The position numbers and the translations under genes are program-made. A stretch of DNA of 63,365 nt, filler included, from Globobulimina sp. (taxonomy: Eukaryota): assembly GCA_003354225.1 (NCBI GenBank). It is 55 parts of 55 records of this genome, joined end to end, with 100 filler letters (N's around TTAATTAATTAA, not from the genome) between each part and the next. Parts side by side here need not be neighbours in the genome. Positions count along the whole stretch, not along the records: positions 49,630 to 50,682 come from PIVH01024752.1; positions 50,783 to 51,835 come from PIVH01024753.1; positions 51,936 to 52,988 come from PIVH01024754.1; positions 53,089 to 54,141 come from PIVH01024755.1; positions 54,242 to 55,294 come from PIVH01024756.1; positions 55,395 to 56,447 come from PIVH01024757.1; positions 56,548 to 57,600 come from PIVH01024758.1; positions 57,701 to 58,753 come from PIVH01024759.1; 47 more parts are not named here. One strand, written 5' to 3'. Below the pieces are notes generated by a model. That model saw nothing but the letters and a program-made list of their open reading frames with translations, was not told the DNA's origin and ran no database searches. This document shows positions 49,671-61,159 of the stretch, piece by piece (position 1 is the stretch's first letter; each line of letters starts with the position of its first letter).

Positions 49671-50682
49671 GTGTCATGTTCCACGCCGACGGCTACACTC
49701 AGTTTCAATATTAACTATCATTATGCGTCCACCTCCGATAACGATAATGAGCAGGAATTGAAAGGCAATGAAAATGTGAATAACCAATACATAGAACATA
49801 CGGACGATGCGCTGCAAGTCACCATCGACAGATATGGCTTCCCAATGGACGATGAAATCGATGAGAAAGAGCACCGTAAACAAGTAAAAAAGGAAAATGG
49901 CCGTTTATTAAAATGGCAGGATATGGTATTCAGCAAGAAATTGGGTGGTACCGCGGCGGAGTCCAACAACGAAGTGGACGAACAAATAGCACATTGGAAT
50001 CAAGTTAAAAATCATCGTAAATTAAAATCGCGAATTCGAAAAGGAATACCGCAGCAATTACGTGGTACGATCTGGCAAAATCTGAGCGGTGCGCGAGAAC
50101 GGAGGAAAATTGAATGTGCCCGGTATGGCTCGAAAAACTTATACAATGACTTGCGTGGGCGGAAAAAATCAAAATACCACGACCAAATCTGGAAAGATAT
50201 CAATCGAACGTATAGGAAAAACCTAATATTCGGTGCCTCGCAGTTAGCGAATGCACAGTCAAACCTACAAAACACAGAGCGGAACAAAGGCGGTGCAGTG
50301 GCTTCGCATGGCGGCAAAAACAAGAAAGGCACTCAGAAATTTTTCAAAAATATCTTGCAAGATCCTCAGGTGCTGTTAACGCCGCAGGACTTAGAAAGGA
50401 ATGCCACGCCGGCTCAGGCTGCCTTGTATAATGTGTTAAAGGTATGTAATGCCTATGGTTTTCGTTGCGATTTTGCGTGATTACTGTGCGAATTTGCGCT
50501 GTTATCGTAAGGCCTTTTCGTTGTATAGAAGAGATATCGGATATTGTCAGGGTATGCAAGCAGTGACGGCCTTATTATTGATGCATATGACGTAGGAGGA
50601 ATCCTTTTGGCTCTTGGACTCGATGGCATACGATACCAAATATCTAATGGAAAATTTTTGGAGGCCGATTATACTGGCGATA
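49671..50682 (+). CDS. TBC-domain Rab-GAP (intron 50442-50511; in-frame TAG at 50593-50595)
   Basis: DRYGF, LKSRIRKGIPQQLRGTIW, QIWKDINRTY and LYNVLK|AFSLYRRDIGYCQGM...MT*EESFWLL. Confidence 0.88.
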
Positions 50683-50782
50683 NNNNNNNNNNNNNNNNNN
50701 NNNNNNNNNNNNNNNNNNNNNNNNNNTTAATTAATTAANNNNNNNNNNNNNNNNNNNNNNNNNNNNNNNNNNNNNNNNNNNN

Positions 50783-51710
50783 GTCGACAGATACAGAAAG
50801 TGACTCAGATTCGTCCTCTTCCTCCTCCTCAACGGACAGTGATAGCGATTCGTATTCGTCCTCTTCCGGCGTTGACATTGATGAGTTAACCAAAAAAAAC
50901 GTGGATGACAAAAAAGTTGTGGATGAGGGAGATAATGACAATGAACTCAATCCGTTCAACAATATTGATTTAAGTGTGTTAAATTGGAAACGTCTTCGTT
51001 TAAACAGCAAAACCAAATCGTTTCGTATTAAGGTATCTGTATTAAAACAATTTAGATAAACATTGATTCATTGCATTAAATATCAGACATTGGTGCATGG
51101 CTGGTCCTATTTGGTGAGGATCAGAGGCAAAAATGCAAGCGGATGGGGTCAATATTCGCAAGCTGTCAAAGCCAGCACAAAGACTATAAATTTGATATGG
51201 AATCAGCATAAACATGGCAAAGGAATCACTTTTTTGAGTAAGAGCCGATGTAAATTTAGCAGCAAACAAGCGAAAGTTTGCGCGGATTATAAAATTCGAT
51301 CGAAAACGCATAAAATATTTTGTTGGGAATTTAAATTACATCGAATCTCTTCGTATTCGTATATTGGTTTTGTGCGTGGTCCGAGCAAACAATATGTGTC
51401 GAATTGGAATTATTATTTAGGTGGAAACAATATGAATGAGTTCAGTATCGGAGTCAGTAATGGGTCGAAATCCATTTCTATTCAAAATAATGGCGGTTAT
51501 AATCACCAGCAATCCGTAACGTTAACAAAAAGCATACGGACCGGTGATAGGTTTAAATTTAAAGCGAATATGAAGAATAAAACTGTGACAATCTATCATA
51601 ATGGAAAGAATATTGGCAATTTGTTTCAAAATATACCAAGTTGCATTGTTCCGGCGGCTTCAAATAATTCATCACATTTGGAAATATCTATAAATTTTGC
51701 AAATTATTAA
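50783..51710 (+). CDS. FN3 plus SPRY/B30.2 domain protein, C-terminus (intron 51033-51086)
   Basis: FRIK|TLVHGWSYLVRIRGKNASGWGQYS (FN3 end), then CWEFKL...YIGFV...GDRFKF.ANMKNKTVTIYHNG...IVPAAS. Confidence 0.8.
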
Positions 51711-51946
51711 TAAAATAAAATATTTCATTTTTGTATTTTTTTGACTATTTGATTTCAATTGTTTGAATTTGTTAAAACATATGGAATCAATTTAATACCT
51801 TTTTAACAACTTGAAATGTTCAATCAAAGTAAGTTNNNNNNNNNNNNNNNNNNNNNNNNNNNNNNNNNNNNNNNNNNNNTTAATTAATTAANNNNNNNNN
51901 NNNNNNNNNNNNNNNNNNNNNNNNNNNNNNNNNNNAAATTTAAGAC

Positions 51947-52988
51947 ATGGGCAGGATTGTCGCATCATGCGCAGGTGCTTTGTGCGCAGGTTTATGTTGC
52001 GGTGCATGTAACCAATGTTCAGGACAAAAGAATGGTGTAATCTCACGCATGCCATACATTTTTTTATTTTTCATTGCCGGAATATTTGCAATCGTCATGT
52101 CTCTTTATGGCGAAAAAGAATTAAATTTATCATTTGCCTCCGGGAAAGTATGTAAAAGCAGCACATGCGAAGGGAATGGCAGCGTATATCGTGTATCGTT
52201 TTGCTTATTTCTTTTTGAAATATTGCATTGTCTCATTATTGGTGCAGGCGCCATATCCTTTCATTGGTTATGGTTTGCAATAAAATTCTTGGTATTTGTA
52301 GCCGGGTTAACCGTCACCTTTTTAGTGGGTGTTGCTGATGGTTCGAGCAATCAATTTTTCAATGGATATGCAGATTATTTCGCACGTTATATCTCTGCGG
52401 CTTTCTTATTGTTACAAATTGTAATTTTAATTTCTTGGGGATACAAAGTAAACGAATATTTACAGGAAAAAGGCAATGAAGCTTCTCAGCCTGACAACCC
52501 AGGTATATACATACACGAATCCAGATCCTCGCACCCATTGCGTGGCAACATTTCCAGCAAAGTTTTTTTTTGAGCTTGCATCTTTTTCTAGCTCCATGTC
52601 TCCATAATGTGAGCTTAACGCTGCACCTTTGCAACTGCATATATACACAGATCAAGACGAAGACGAGAAATCGCATCGTTGAAATGGATATTTGTGGTTA
52701 TTAGCTGTCAGTACGGTGGTATTGTACGTAGGTTCCTTGATATTATGTGGATTTTTTTACAAATGGTATGGCGATTTAGGCACCACAGCGTGCTCCGGCC
52801 ATAAAACCGTAATCTCATTGACCATTATTATATGTTTAATAAATGGCGTGATTTCGGGCATACGCGGCGATGGGTCGTTTTTTGTGAGTGCCGTAGTCTC
52901 ATTTTACTGTACTTTCTTATGTTTTGCCGCCATGCAAGCCGATGATAACGATACGTGCAATTTGTGGGCAGATAAGCGAGATACCGCC
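51947..52988 (+). CDS. SERINC: Serine incorporator (SERINC/TMS1 family) (intron 52503-52650; in-frame TGA at 52680-52682)
   Basis: Cys-rich MG...C N-terminus, CEGNGSVYRVSF, WFAIKF, FLLLQIVILISW, SAVVSFYCTFLCFAAM and C-N motif. Confidence 0.88.
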
Positions 52989-53621
52989 NNNNNNNNNNNN
53001 NNNNNNNNNNNNNNNNNNNNNNNNNNNNNNNNTTAATTAATTAANNNNNNNNNNNNNNNNNNNNNNNNNNNNNNNNNNNNNNNNNNNNATGGCGAGATAT
53101 TGGCTGTCACATCAAATCGATGAAAAAATGGAAATAAAAAAAGATAAAAATAAAATACTAAACGGATAAATAAATGATTGACCATTCATGTTTCCGTTGG
53201 AATACACGTGGATAAAACAGCAATTGCATTAAAAATTGGTGTGTTAATATGTAAGAAGCAGCGGATGGATTTAAAAACAGCAGTCCTGAGCGCGGATTAT
53301 GGGCATTGAATATCTTGCGCTCTAACATTGTTGTCAGGGATTTGTCGAATTCGCCAATGTTATTTTGTGGGTCTTTCATGGAATGATTCATAAAATCCAT
53401 CAATCTTATTATTGTTTTATTTTTGTGTTGATTTGAAAGAGAGGCAATGAAATAGATTTTTTTGTGAACACACCCATCCATAAATTGCTCCATGGAGACA
53501 TCGTCTCTCACATAACGAGAGAGATAAAACGTCATTTCGTTCCACTGGCTTCTCAGAAGAAAAATGTCACCAGGTTTTGTTTAGCATACTTTAATTTACT
53601 GTGAATAAGCTAGTTGCAACA

Positions 53622-54141
53622 ATGCCTTTGCGAATCAGCACGAGAATTAGAACTCGAATCATAATTCTGCTCATATTTGGATTCACGATATCATGGATCG
53701 TAATGTTTGTATTTGAAGAAACAGACCCTTCGATACAAAAATCAGAACAAATCATACCAATCAATGTATAAAATATACGGGAACGTATTGTAAAATAATA
53801 ATCAGTGAATTAAGACATGTTTTGACGGTTTATATAGAAATCACAATCCACACTGATTATTATTTTACAATCTGAGCATATTTTTATACATTGATCGTAA
53901 TTTACTAAATAACATTGCATTATTAACAGATCATAGATGAAATAAATGATAAAAGCACACTGACTCATTCATCATGGAATGAATCCAAAGCTCAAAAAGG
54001 CAAAACATTGCACAAAAATCAACCAAACATTCTATTCATTATTGCGGACGATTTTGGATTTAATGATGTTGGATATAACAGCGATGATGCACTCACTCCA
54101 AATATTGATTCATTGTCTAAAAAAGGTATTATTTTGCATAG
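53622..54141 (+). CDS. Arylsulfatase B/I/J-like sulfatase, N-terminus (spliced)
   Basis: Type II anchor exon (MPLRISTRIRTRIIILLIFGF...), then QPNILFIIADDFGFNDVGY...TPNIDSLSKKGIIL. Confidence 0.85.
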
Positions 54142-54241
54142 NNNNNNNNNNNNNNNNNNNNNNNNNNNNNNNNNNNNNNNNNNNNTTAATTAATTAANNN
54201 NNNNNNNNNNNNNNNNNNNNNNNNNNNNNNNNNNNNNNNNN

Positions 54242-54850
54242 GGCGCTGAGACCAGCGATAATGTGATGTACAGTGATACATCGGGCATTGCGAAGATTGA
54301 CGACGATGATAATGAGTGTACGCCGCCCGCTGTACATGTACACCGTATAGAGGCCATATCGTTAAAGAAAGGCAAGTCTGTGCGGTTTACAGCAGATAAT
54401 AAAAAGGAAAAGGAGAAATTGCCGAAATTGGCACCGCAGATCCATGAGATTCATGCCATGTCATTGAAAGCGAAGAAGTCGCGGTCATTGGCGTCTAGTT
54501 TCCGTAGACGAGAAGAGGAGGATGATCTGGATATGTATGAGGACAATGGCAGTGATAACAGTAATAATGCGCAGGTGCATAGGATGTCGTATTCGCGGCG
54601 ACAGCGGCTGTCTTCGTTGTGGATGCCGCGGGAATTGGATGATACGGATTCGCGCGATAATGTAAATAAAAAAGCCATACAAGTTTTGCAAAGGGTCAAT
54701 ATGAAATTGCGAGGCAGAGATTTTAATCATTCGAATAACATAAATGATGAGGTATCCAATGTGAAGGAACAAGTTCAGAGATTGTTTATTGAAGCTACCA
54801 ATCACGAAAATTTATCGCAAGCATATTTGGGTTGGTGTCCTTTATGGTGA
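54242..54850 (+). CDS. TOR: TOR kinase C-terminus (FATC domain)
   Basis: NKKAIQVLQRVNMKLRGRDF...VKEQVQRLFIEATNHENLSQAYLGWCPLW-stop. Confidence 0.93.
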   Translation, partial: GAETSDNVMYSDTSGIAKIDDDDNECTPPAVHVHRIEAISLKKGKSVRFTADNKKEKEKLPKLAPQIHEIHAMSLKAKKSRSLASSFRRREEEDDLDMYEDNGSDNSNNAQVHRMSYSRRQRLSSLWMPRELDDTDSRDNVNKKAIQVLQRVNMKLRGRDFNHSNNINDEVSNVKEQVQRLFIEATNHENLSQAYLGWCPLW

Positions 54851-55394
54851 CTTAATTTATTGTATAATTTGATTTTGTGTTTTAACAATTTAAAATTGCT
54901 GTAACATTTGTTTTAAAATTAATATCATTTCAATTGTATAATTAAGTTGAATTCTAAGACTGAACGATATTCCAAAAGATAACCGCAAGAGGCAAGATTT
55001 GTACAGCAGCTGCTATCTTGTTGGGTATACAAATTGAATTTTGCCTCTAGCAAAAATACCATAACAAAATAGCTTTTATTCAGTGCGTATTAATTAAGGA
55101 AAAATAACCTATATTATCCAAATCCATGACAGCCATAATCTCTTTTGCTCCATAAAAATCTTCAATTGCCCTTTGATACGCTAAATGTGAACCCTTTGCA
55201 TCATACAAAACAAAACAAAATGTATATTATGCAAAATATATGCATAGCATATGCCAATATTAAAGCGTAACTTTAAGTCTTTTAAATGAAACAANNNNNN
55301 NNNNNNNNNNNNNNNNNNNNNNNNNNNNNNNNNNNNNNTTAATTAATTAANNNNNNNNNNNNNNNNNNNNNNNNNNNNNNNNNNNNNNNNNNNN

Positions 55395-56290
55395 TAATGA
55401 TATCGTGTTCGTGTTCATGTTCATGTTCAGAATATACGGTATCATAATCAATGTCTTTTTCATCCTTTTCAACCTCTGGTAAATGACTGAATAAACCGCC
55501 CATAACAATAAATTGATGCAATACTTTATCTAAAACATCATTATCATGGCCAGTTCTATCATTATCTATTAACTGTGCAATTGATATTGTTTCGTAAGCC
55601 GTTAATTGTCTGCGCAATGAATTGCGTGTTTCTTTCATTTGGTGTAAAACTGTGAGAAATAACTTCCTTTCTTGAATTTCTAGAAATAACTTCCTTACGA
55701 ATTAAATGCGCACAACATGTCATTGCAAATATTAATAACACATTAAACCATATAAAATAAGTTATTTTTACATTTTTAATTCGATTGCATATCAGAATTA
55801 TAATAAATGAAATATTTGTGATGGTTGCAAATAATACGAATAATATAAGTAAATGGCTGTATCTTATTGATAAAAAGGAACAGCATCCGAGTAAAACGAG
55901 TGATATTGTTAGTATGGATTGCGCAGAGATTGGCATTTCAGCTAAAATAGATTGAATATCTAAACCAATCAAAATAATAAACAATACACAAGCAGTTAAT
56001 CTATGAATGTATATTCTAAATTGATTGGTCAATGATAAGATCAATGCGATAAATATTATTATAATCAAAAGGCAATGAATAGTGATGGATATCCATTCAT
56101 ATTTGCGACCTACGTCAAATATAAATAATATTATAATATAAAATAAACTAAACATTAGAAACGCTGCTTGATTGCTCAATAAATATCTGTGTGCAAAAAA
56201 TATTTTAAAATAATATTCTAATGTAACTTGATCGAATCGCAAATCCCATTTTGATTTCCAAGAATCTGAGGCAGTTTCAACAATAAAATT
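55395..56290 (-). CDS. Six-TM membrane region resembling nucleotidyl cyclase / phosphodiesterase N-termini; frameshifted
   Basis: LRFDQVTLEYYF followed by six hydrophobic helices. A local duplication (RKEVIS twice, about 55655-55700) coincides with a shift into the frame HQMKETRNSLRRQL. Confidence 0.5.
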
Positions 56291-56959
56291 TAATGATTCT
56301 TTCAGTGCGTAATAGATTATTGGGTCGGAATTGCGTTGTTTTATCGATATATCATTGTGGATGCTATCATTGCTATGCGGGATACACTTTGTCGGTGATA
56401 ATGAAATTGATGATGAGTGGATCGAATTTCCTGTGCGCTTCGGTTCTNNNNNNNNNNNNNNNNNNNNNNNNNNNNNNNNNNNNNNNNNNNNTTAATTAAT
56501 TAANNNNNNNNNNNNNNNNNNNNNNNNNNNNNNNNNNNNNNNNNNNNTAAGTTGTTTGTATTTTCCGAAAGATCTGAGTACCAGGCGTAATCTGCTGTGG
56601 TTTTGAGCATAAAGCCAGTTTCAAATCCAATTCCTAAACTATGAACCAAAGAGTTAGTTTATCTTATTCTTTTTGAAGTAATTGAATTGATACAGCCAAA
56701 ATGGTATTGCTATGATTTCTCCCATTATGGCTGGAATGCTGATACGGTTGTTATATAAAATCAGATCAGGGTGTAACGGCCAAAATAACCAGAAGAACAG
56801 GGCGAGTAGAAAGGCAGTAATATAAGTAAGCGCTAAGCAAGAGAAGGCATCACTGAATGTTCTTTCTTTAGGTGCAAGAAAACGAGCCATGAGCAACCAT
56901 TGCCCAACTGTGATAATTATCTGAATTGGTGCATTGACTGAAAGGGCAAGAATAATGAC

Positions 56960-57443
56960 TTCAAAAATACATTCATCGCTATTATTTAATCCGTAACTTA
57001 AACTTTTTCCACATTTTCCTTTGTTAAAAATATGTGAGAATCCACCATCATAAACGTACCAAGACCATGAATATTCCGAGCCAATGCCTCTTTTATCCGC
57101 AATATTATATTTTTTTGAAATGATTCCAATTGCAATCTCATCGGATACTCCTCGTAACTGGCCATGGAATTTGAATTTAAAATAATATATACCGTCATTT
57201 GTAAGCCAGTCATCAATAAATATTGTTGAAAATTCCAAATCGCCAAAAGATCTCATTGGTGATGTCACACAAAGACAATCTTTTGATAAAGTCAAACATC
57301 GATCTTTATTGCTTGCAATATCCCATTTACATGCCGTTAAAAAATAATCATAAATAATACCCGTGATTTCTGGGGGAACAATTTTATTTTCATCATTTGT
57401 TTCATTTCGAACAGCATTTTTTGTATATCCATCTACAACATAT
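56960..57443 (-). CDS. SPRY/B30.2-like domain protein exon, fused on its 3' side to unrelated DNA
   Basis: YVVDGYTK...IVPPEITGIIYDYF...KWD...GIYYFKFKF...IAIGII...SWSWY; composition and content switch near 56960. Confidence 0.65.
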
Positions 57444-57493
57444 CTACATAAATCATAAATACTCTTATCATTATGATCAAGTACAAGGGGGAT

Positions 57494-57541
57494 CCTACTA
57501 TAATTCGGTCCTACTATAATTCGGTCCTACTATAATTCGGT
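57494..57541 (+). repeat. 16-bp tandem repeat CCTACTATAATTCGGT, 3 copies
   Basis: Three exact copies, followed by the palindrome CCAAGGG-GGTA-CCCTTGG. Confidence 0.92.
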
Positions 57542-57761
57542 GATATTTATGAAATTCCCAAGGGGGTACCCTTGGAAATATTTTAGAATCAGGCCAGCGA
57601 NNNNNNNNNNNNNNNNNNNNNNNNNNNNNNNNNNNNNNNNNNNNTTAATTAATTAANNNNNNNNNNNNNNNNNNNNNNNNNNNNNNNNNNNNNNNNNNNN
57701 ACAATTTTAAAACAATACAATAAATAATTATGCATAAAATTAATATCGCAAAAATCTACTC

Positions 57762-58052
57762 TTGGTATTATTTAAAAAAGCACACAAGGATATTATTATT
57801 ATACCTCCTGGTCAAAGACAAACATCGGAAATTATGAGTTGCTACGAATATACAGAAGTGATTTCTCATAGAGCTAAACATATTGAAAATGGATCACATC
57901 CTTTTACTGATGTAGGAACGGAAAGTAATCCAATGATTATGGCCGCTATTGAAATTGAACAAAAAAAATGTCCGTTATCTATTCGTAGAATGTTAAATGC
58001 AACATATGGCGAAATATGGGAAGTTAATGAAATGGGAATACCAGATATGTAA
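57762..58052 (+). CDS. RPB6: Giant-virus (asfarvirus-like) RNA polymerase subunit RPB6; 5' end uncertain
   Basis: RQTSEIMSCYEYTEVISHRAKHIENG...NPMIMAAIEIEQKKCPLSIRR...EIWEVNEM. The TSE..S..E, CPL and W..NEM variants resemble ASFV C147L-type proteins more than the cellular TTxYMTKYE...IP. Confidence 0.85.
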   Translation: MVLFKKAHKDIIIIPPGQRQTSEIMSCYEYTEVISHRAKHIENGSHPFTDVGTESNPMIMAAIEIEQKKCPLSIRRMLNATYGEIWEVNEMGIPDM

Positions 58053-58117
58053 TATGTTTTCCTTTCCATTAAATCAAAAATACCATATATTTTAATGTTT
58101 AAGGAGATTTGAGTTTT

Positions 58118-58438
58118 TTAAGAACTGGCAATCCATTGATACCTACATTTGGTGCAAGCATTATATTTTGTCATTTCTTTTCCTAAACGTATATATTTAC
58201 TAATACCATGTTGACATTTTGGGCATGGTATTCGTTCTTTTGGATTAACAGGGTCGTCTGTCATTTTTTTAAGTATTTTATTATACATTAAAATACTCGA
58301 CTCTTTTATTTCCTCAAATCGAAGACTATCATCTGGCTCGGATGGATATCGTGTCAAACATGTAGGACATTTAAAACGTAATATATCATCTGCAACATCA
58401 ACATATAAAAGATTATGACAATAGGTACAAAAAAGCAT
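58118..58438 (-). CDS. RPB9: Giant-virus RNA polymerase subunit RPB9-like (two zinc ribbons)
   Basis: MLFCTYCHNLL...FKCPTC...PDDSL...DPVN...CPKC...IRLGKEMTKYNAC.KCRYQW; lacks the cellular QxRSADE motif. Confidence 0.8.
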   Translation of the reverse strand: MLFCTYCHNLLYVDVADDILRFKCPTCLTRYPSEPDDSLRFEEIKESSILMYNKILKKMTDDPVNPKERIPCPKCQHGISKYIRLGKEMTKYNACTKCRYQWIASS

Positions 58439-58500
58439 TGTATATGATATATCAATATATTGATATAAATAATTCAAAATTTAAATTTAGTTTAAAATAA

Positions 58501-58508
58501 AAAATTGA
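58501..58508 (+). promoter_or_regulatory. AAAATTGA, NCLDV early-promoter-type motif
   Basis: Exact octamer 33 nt upstream of ATG 58542 in an AT-rich divergent intergenic region; could arise by chance at this AT content. Confidence 0.55.
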
Positions 58509-58541
58509 ATTATTTATATTTGAATTTAAAAATAACGCAAA

Positions 58542-58753
58542 ATGGCACGAAATGTTTATTTTAAAGAAGAAGATTCCACCATGTATGTGTATATGATAAT
58601 TACATATCCGCGTTGTGGACTATGTCGAAAAATATTTATGTGTGTTGCTATGGAAAATAAAGATTTTGATAGAATTTCGGATATTGATATAACAGAAAGT
58701 AGAGAATGGTTAAATCATCAAGAAGATAAAAATAAAATCGATAATTTGCCAAC
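58542..58753 (+). CDS. Thioredoxin-like CxxC protein, 3'-partial
   Basis: Hydrophobic strand followed by CGLC, then IDI and IDNLP (cis-Pro loop-like). Confidence 0.5.
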
Positions 58754-58956
58754 NNNNNNNNNNNNNNNNNNNNNNNNNNNNNNNNNNNNNNNNNNNNTTA
58801 ATTAATTAANNNNNNNNNNNNNNNNNNNNNNNNNNNNNNNNNNNNNNNNNNNNGAACTGACTGAACTCCAGCCACTATGTCGACGATCCCTCCGTGATAT
58901 AATACCAATATCACTCAACGGAACGACAAAACCTATATCTATGGATCTTCTTGATT

Positions 58957-59520
58957 TCATATTATTTGCCTCAATCTCAGGTACATCTGGCAATGACTGT
59001 GCCTGTCATGATGTTGTTGCCATTGGCAATGTTTGCTGTGTTTTTCATCGCAATCGTTAGTATTAATCAGTTGGTAATGACGCAACACAATGTCTTGTTG
59101 TACTAGTAACTGATTGATTGTTTGTTTATGATCTCCAATCAGTTTCTTTTTAATTTCATTCTGTGCGTCATTCGTCGCAGTCGTCCGTCGAAATAATTGA
59201 ACTGTTTCTGATAACTCTTTGTTTTCGTTCTCGACATATTGCATATCGTGTTGGACGGTGTTAATTCTTGCATTTAAATTCATATTTGCACCGTACATGA
59301 CATCTAATGTATTTTTCAATTCATTGTAGCTTTTTAAATAATTCGCTAACAAATTATTTCGTTCTATCAATATATTATTCTCGTTTTTTAGTTCATTGTT
59401 TGATTCTTTTGATCGAGTCAGCTGATGGAAACGCTATATATATATACATGAATTATGAAAATAATATAAAATTATAGCTATACCTCCGATTTGTGGATTT
59501 GTATTTCTTCTTCAAGTGTT
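58957..59520 (-). CDS. Coiled-coil protein, spliced fragment
   Basis: Heptad-rich open frame with short upstream exons; boundaries approximate. Confidence 0.4.
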
Positions 59521-60079
59521 CTCATTTGACTGTGTAGTGATTCATTTTCTATGCTTAAATCCACTAATTGCTCTTCCAATGTCTACTAATCGTTGTCTAA
59601 ATGTGACAACCAGATAGTTGATGTAACACCAAAGTGGATATAACATGACCTGGGAATTGGTTGGACTATCCGACATGTTCGATGTGGCGGTTTAGACAGT
59701 GTTTCTGAAACATACTGGCCCCTAAAATTTTAGTAAGTTGACATTTCGCAGAAAATGTATAAAAATACTGTATATAATATTGAACACATCAGAGTTATAA
59801 TAATTGTACACATTGAGCACACAGGAAACACGCGTTTTGTGATTATATAATTAGTAAGTTGGAGAAGACGCAGTTTCTTGATGATCCAACATAAGACTTA
59901 TCATTTNNNNNNNNNNNNNNNNNNNNNNNNNNNNNNNNNNNNNNNNNNNNTTAATTAATTAANNNNNNNNNNNNNNNNNNNNNNNNNNNNNNNNNNNNNN
60001 NNNNNNGTTATGTGTATTTTATAATATACAGTTTGTTGACATTTGGCAGCGATTATCAATTATTTCAGCGATATTAACA

Positions 60080-60855
60080 TTGTACCGAGAAAATAAAAAC
60101 ATTGATATTGATATCCACTTTGATGCAATTAAAATAATAAGAAAATGTATACCACATTCTTCCCATATTCGCGGTATTGAAAATAATAGTTATTTATCAT
60201 TAAATGTGGAGGAATTATTTGGCGAGTTTCAAGTTTTAAATATTGACCATTTATCAATTGATTTATGTAAACAAATTGCATCATATTTAGATTTACCGAC
60301 ATTTTTTAAATGCTCCTCAATAAACCATTGTTGGTTGAATTTTATTTATCGAAATGATTCATTTTATACCATTTTAAAGCAATGCACCTCTCCAAATGCC
60401 ATGCGATGTGTCATTGTGGATCATAGCTCTTTAAACAGAATGGAATCCATATATTTATCAAAAATATTTATAGTTAATGTTTTTTTGTGTTTTTATATTT
60501 ATAGATCTTTGTTTTTAATTGCAACTATGTGTATTTATAGAACTGGCAAATACGATCAGAGTCCAAATATTTAGATTTCGTCACATTGCAGAAATCGTGG
60601 ATTGTGCAATACATTGATGTCAGCGCACTCACTTTGACATTACAAGAATTTAAACAAACTGACGAATGGATTGATGTTAAATCTGTAGAAACAAACACAA
60701 AACATTCAAAAAAATTATTCGATTCCATGGATGTTTTTGATGTCAAGAACGACGATGAAAAATGCAACACTTCAAAGCCACCAGTTTATAGATTGCAAAT
60801 TCATATCAAATCGCCGTTTGAATGGATATTTTACATCGAAACATCCAATCACTGA
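60080..60855 (+). CDS. F-box-like protein fragment (spliced)
   Basis: NIDHLSIDLCKQIASYLDLPTFFKCSSINHCW fits the F-box consensus; boundaries approximate. Confidence 0.55.
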
Positions 60856-61159
60856 TTTCAATTATACTAAATTTAAAAAACATTGTGTCCAAAATGGTAT
60901 TCATCAGAAACGAATTAAAGATCCTGCATTATTAAAAATACATCCATTGGTGAATAAAAAAGCCATCGAATCCGCTAAACAATCAAATAAAAATTATGTG
61001 CAACGCCCAATGTTTTCACAGCTAGATAAGATTTTGAATGGAATATCTTTAATTCATTTNNNNNNNNNNNNNNNNNNNNNNNNNNNNNNNNNNNNNNNNN
61101 NNNTTAATTAATTAANNNNNNNNNNNNNNNNNNNNNNNNNNNNNNNNNNNNNNNNNNNN

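Noticed and set aside
56654..57295. SPRY-membrane protein fusion as given in the ORF track
   Set aside because: The SPRY domain is cut mid-domain and composition shifts near 56960; likely a chimeric join.
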